Shown: positions 61,221-64,000 of the stretch, in pieces | Numbering within the stretch: the stretch's first letter is position 1 | Layout of the letters: each line of letters opens with the position of its first letter | From: Phormidesmis sp. | GTDB taxonomy: Bacteria; Cyanobacteriota; Cyanobacteriia; Leptolyngbyales; Leptolyngbyaceae | Assembly (NCBI GenBank): GCA_965248535.1 | Contig: CBDFJR010000005.1 | Location: forward strand, 2,144,001 to 2,208,000 | Direction of reading: 5' to 3' | Length of the DNA: 64,000 nucleotides | The notes under the pieces: generated by a model | Databases searched by the model: none | What the model saw: only the letters and a program-made list of their open reading frames with translations | What the model was told of the DNA's origin: nothing | Position numbers and translations under genes: made by a program

Positions 61221-62783
61221 ATGACTATTCGGATTGAATTATTGTCTTACGATCGCGCTCATCTCCTCGTCGCCCCACCAGAGACGACCGTCTATGCCCA
61301 TCGCTTTCATGATCTGCCGCCCCCCTTAGCGATCGAGACTGAGATCGCCCAGCTTTACGGTGGCACGGTGGCATCTAGTCCCGTCATGTCTCAGCCCGTG
61401 ATTGCACCGCAGACTCGCCCCGAAGTGACTCCCTCCCCCACTAGCCGCTGGTCTACATCACTGCAAACCGTTCTAGATCGCCCGTCTCCGACCTTGCCCG
61501 ATCGCCTAGTGATGGGCGGCGTGATCTTCTGCGCGGCGTTTGCAACCTGGGCCATGACCAGCCAGATGGAAGAAGTCGGACGAGCACAGGGGCGTTTGGT
61601 GCCCCAAGGAGCACCCTTTAAAGTTCACCCGGTGGTTGCGGGCAAGATTTCTCAGGTCTATGTCCACGAAGGTCAAGTGGTCAAGGCAGGTCAACCGATC
61701 GCCGACTTAGACAACGAAATCGCCCTCAATCGCCTAGAAGGGCTGCGCCAAGAACGCGCCAGCTATGAAAAAGAACTGCTGCAAACGGGTGCCCTGATTG
61801 ACAAAACTCAGCTAGAGGCTCAAACGCGGGTGGCGATCGCTCATGCAGAAATTCGTGCTCAAGAAGCGGCGATCGCTCAAGCTCAAGCCAAAATCGAAGG
61901 TCAAGACACCACCATCCATCAAGCCGAAGAGCGAGCCGTCACTAGTCAAGCGGTGTTGAGCCAATTGCAGACCGATGCCACTGCTCAAAAAGAGCGGCTA
62001 ACGCGACTGAAATATTTGGTGGATGAAGGGGCACTGGCGAGAGAACAACTCTTTCAAGCGCAGCAAAACTTTGGCGATCGTCAGCGCGGCATCACCCAGC
62101 AAATGGGCGAGATTCGCCAGACGGTGGCTGACTCTAATCGCTCACGATCGGACTTGCAGCAAGCGATCGCCGAATCTCAGGGCTTACGAGCACTACTTGC
62201 CCAGCGCTATGCAGAAGGGCAAAATGCTCAAGTGCAGTCTCAGCAAACCATTCAGCAATTGCTGGTGCAGCAGACACAGCTTCAAGCTAAACTTCAGCAA
62301 AGTGAAAAGCAGCTACAGCAAGCCCAGACTGAGATCAAGCAATTAGTCCTCAAAGCTCCGGTCGATGGAGTGGTGCTGGCGCTCAACGTTCGCAACCGAG
62401 GTGAAGTGGTGCAATCGGGTCAAACGATCGCTGAGGTGGCCTCTCAAACTGCGCCTCTGATGCTGGCGGCGGCCCTGCCAACCCGCGAAGCTGGCTTTGT
62501 CAAAGTGGGTGACCCGGTGCAGATCAAGTTTGATGCTTATCCCTATCAAGACTATGGAATCGTGACGGGCAAAGTCACCACGATCGCTCCTGATATCAGA
62601 GTTGACGAGCGATTGGGAGCCGTCTATCGCGTTGAAATCGCCCTCGATCGCCCATCGTCTCAAACCACTCGACTCAAAATCGGTCAAACCGCCACGGCCG
62701 AAATTGTGATTCGTCGTCGTGCGGTGGTCGATATGCTGCTTGACCCGATTCGACAATTGCAAAAAAGTGGTCTGAGTCTATAG
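61221..62783 (+). CDS. HlyD-family membrane fusion protein
   Basis: TM segment, GQVVKAGQ, long Gln-rich coiled coil, LKAPVDG and KFDAYPYQDYG motifs. Confidence 0.93.
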   Translation: MTIRIELLSYDRAHLLVAPPETTVYAHRFHDLPPPLAIETEIAQLYGGTVASSPVMSQPVIAPQTRPEVTPSPTSRWSTSLQTVLDRPSPTLPDRLVMGGVIFCAAFATWAMTSQMEEVGRAQGRLVPQGAPFKVHPVVAGKISQVYVHEGQVVKAGQPIADLDNEIALNRLEGLRQERASYEKELLQTGALIDKTQLEAQTRVAIAHAEIRAQEAAIAQAQAKIEGQDTTIHQAEERAVTSQAVLSQLQTDATAQKERLTRLKYLVDEGALAREQLFQAQQNFGDRQRGITQQMGEIRQTVADSNRSRSDLQQAIAESQGLRALLAQRYAEGQNAQVQSQQTIQQLLVQQTQLQAKLQQSEKQLQQAQTEIKQLVLKAPVDGVVLALNVRNRGEVVQSGQTIAEVASQTAPLMLAAALPTREAGFVKVGDPVQIKFDAYPYQDYGIVTGKVTTIAPDIRVDERLGAVYRVEIALDRPSSQTTRLKIGQTATAEIVIRRRAVVDMLLDPIRQLQKSGLSL

Positions 62784-62815
62784 CCCGTTAGCCAACTTAA
62801 CCAGGAGATATTTTC

Positions 62816-63211
62816 ATGCACGTTCAAAGTGGCGGCACTGCTCAAAAGCGAAATAAAGTCATGAGTCCCGATCAGTTTAAGCAAGTGGTTGAGGCAATCA
62901 CCGAAGGTCGATATTCCTGGGCGTGTGTGCTGATTTTGCGATTTGCTGATTACAATCCCATTTACTTTATTCCTCACCGCACCTACAGTCGGCTGATGAA
63001 AGAAAACCGTCTGTTTAACCAGATCAAGGATCGGCAGTCTCAACCAGACCAAAACCCGATCGTGACGACTGGAGTCACGCAAATTAACGAACTGGCGTAT
63101 TTGGAAGCGATCGAGCCGTCAGAAACCACGCCCCACGGGGGCAGTCTCCCAACCTGGTTTGACGACAGGGTGAGACACTTCTACCGTCCGGGTGGGGTTT
63201 GGTCGCCGTAG
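62816..63211 (+). CDS. HetP-family protein (start may be 62861)
   Basis: QFKQVVEAITEGRYSWACVLILRFADYNPIYFIPHRTYSRLMKEN HetP motif. Confidence 0.88.
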   Translation: MHVQSGGTAQKRNKVMSPDQFKQVVEAITEGRYSWACVLILRFADYNPIYFIPHRTYSRLMKENRLFNQIKDRQSQPDQNPIVTTGVTQINELAYLEAIEPSETTPHGGSLPTWFDDRVRHFYRPGGVWSP

Positions 63212-63999
63212 GGTTTTGGTTGCAGGGTGAGAGAATTTGAGATCGTGTCATAGAGTCGATTAGCGATCGTGGCGTTGGCCCCATCGGTCAGATGCACCGT
63301 GTCATAAAACGTTTCGCCCTGAAAGTTGCTGCCCTCATTGAAGTTGAGCGTCATCACCCCTTGAGGAAACTGCTGTTTGACCTGGGTTATAGCCTGCCGA
63401 AGCTGGCTATAACCTGCTTTGACTCGCTGCGGATAGGCCGGCCCTACCTGGTCGAGAATTTTCTTCTCTCGTGAGGTGAGCGTGTCAGGGCTGCGACCCG
63501 TGATCTCAGGCTGCAAGGCGAGCACGATCGGAATTTTTGCCCCCGATGTCAATCGCGCAATTTGTTCTAAGTTATTGCGATAGCGAGAGACGCGGCGATC
63601 GAGTTCATCAGTGTTGGCTGAAAGCTTTTGTGAAAGCGAACCCTCTGTCTCAGTGACCGGAGGAATCACAAGCTTGAGAGCATCTTGCGGACGCAACACC
63701 CAATATTGAACGCTCTTAATTAAGAATGATTGACCCATCCAATTCTTAAACCGCTCTGATAACGCTGTGGTGAAATGCCCAAATGAGTCATCTAACAGAG
63801 ACTCAATGCCCGGAATGTCGGCTCCTTCTTGAGTGCTAGGCAACAGCAAATCAGCATAGCCGTCTAGCACGATAATCAAGTCAGGCTTATAAGACAAGAC
63901 CTGAAGGGCAAGCTGTGACAACTCATTGCTAGAGGTATAGCCCGGCACGGCGGCATTGATCACCCGATAGTTACCATCGCGAATGCGAGGCGGCAGGGC
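63181..63999 (-). CDS. SGNH/GDSL-like hydrolase, 5' part outside the window
   Basis: VINAAVPGY, LDGYAD, LQP and DTVH motifs; the frame is open to the window end. Confidence 0.8.
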   Translation of the reverse strand, partial: ALPPRIRDGNYRVINAAVPGYTSSNELSQLALQVLSYKPDLIIVLDGYADLLLPSTQEGADIPGIESLLDDSFGHFTTALSERFKNWMGQSFLIKSVQYWVLRPQDALKLVIPPVTETEGSLSQKLSANTDELDRRVSRYRNNLEQIARLTSGAKIPIVLALQPEITGRSPDTLTSREKKILDQVGPAYPQRVKAGYSQLRQAITQVKQQFPQGVMTLNFNEGSNFQGETFYDTVHLTDGANATIANRLYDTISNSLTLQPKPYGDQTPPGR

Positions 64000-64000
64000 C

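Overview
64 kb of a cyanobacterial chromosome. Abundant HIP1 octamers (GCGATCGC) and the gene content suggest a filamentous Leptolyngbyaceae/Phormidesmis-like organism; this assignment is inference. Most of the window is housekeeping: miaA, gyrB, yqeG-mltG-DUF3727-ruvX, mnmE, selO, cysH, gcvT/gcvH, glgC, an ABC-F protein and a second EF-G. Accessory loci include a type II restriction-modification pair, several toxin-antitoxin modules (two with a broken partner), an NLR-like NB-ARC protein, a Fur-boxed multicopper oxidase/FTR1 iron uptake cluster and a HetC-like C39-ABC/HlyD/HetP cluster. The standout signal is not in the supplied ORF track. The ~310-nt leader of a short DAHP synthase gene (aroF, minus strand, 40128-39272) contains two complete ribosome-dependent attenuators in tandem. 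Each has an aromatic-rich leader peptide (MSHNTFFFFWREAVHLG and MLHLNSWRFRFYFFIPTSSG), an antiterminator and an intrinsic terminator. Three otherwise intact genes (aroF, the NB-ARC gene and a Prx-Grx hybrid) carry single frameshifts that may be sequencing errors. No tRNA, rRNA, CRISPR array or transposase was recognised.
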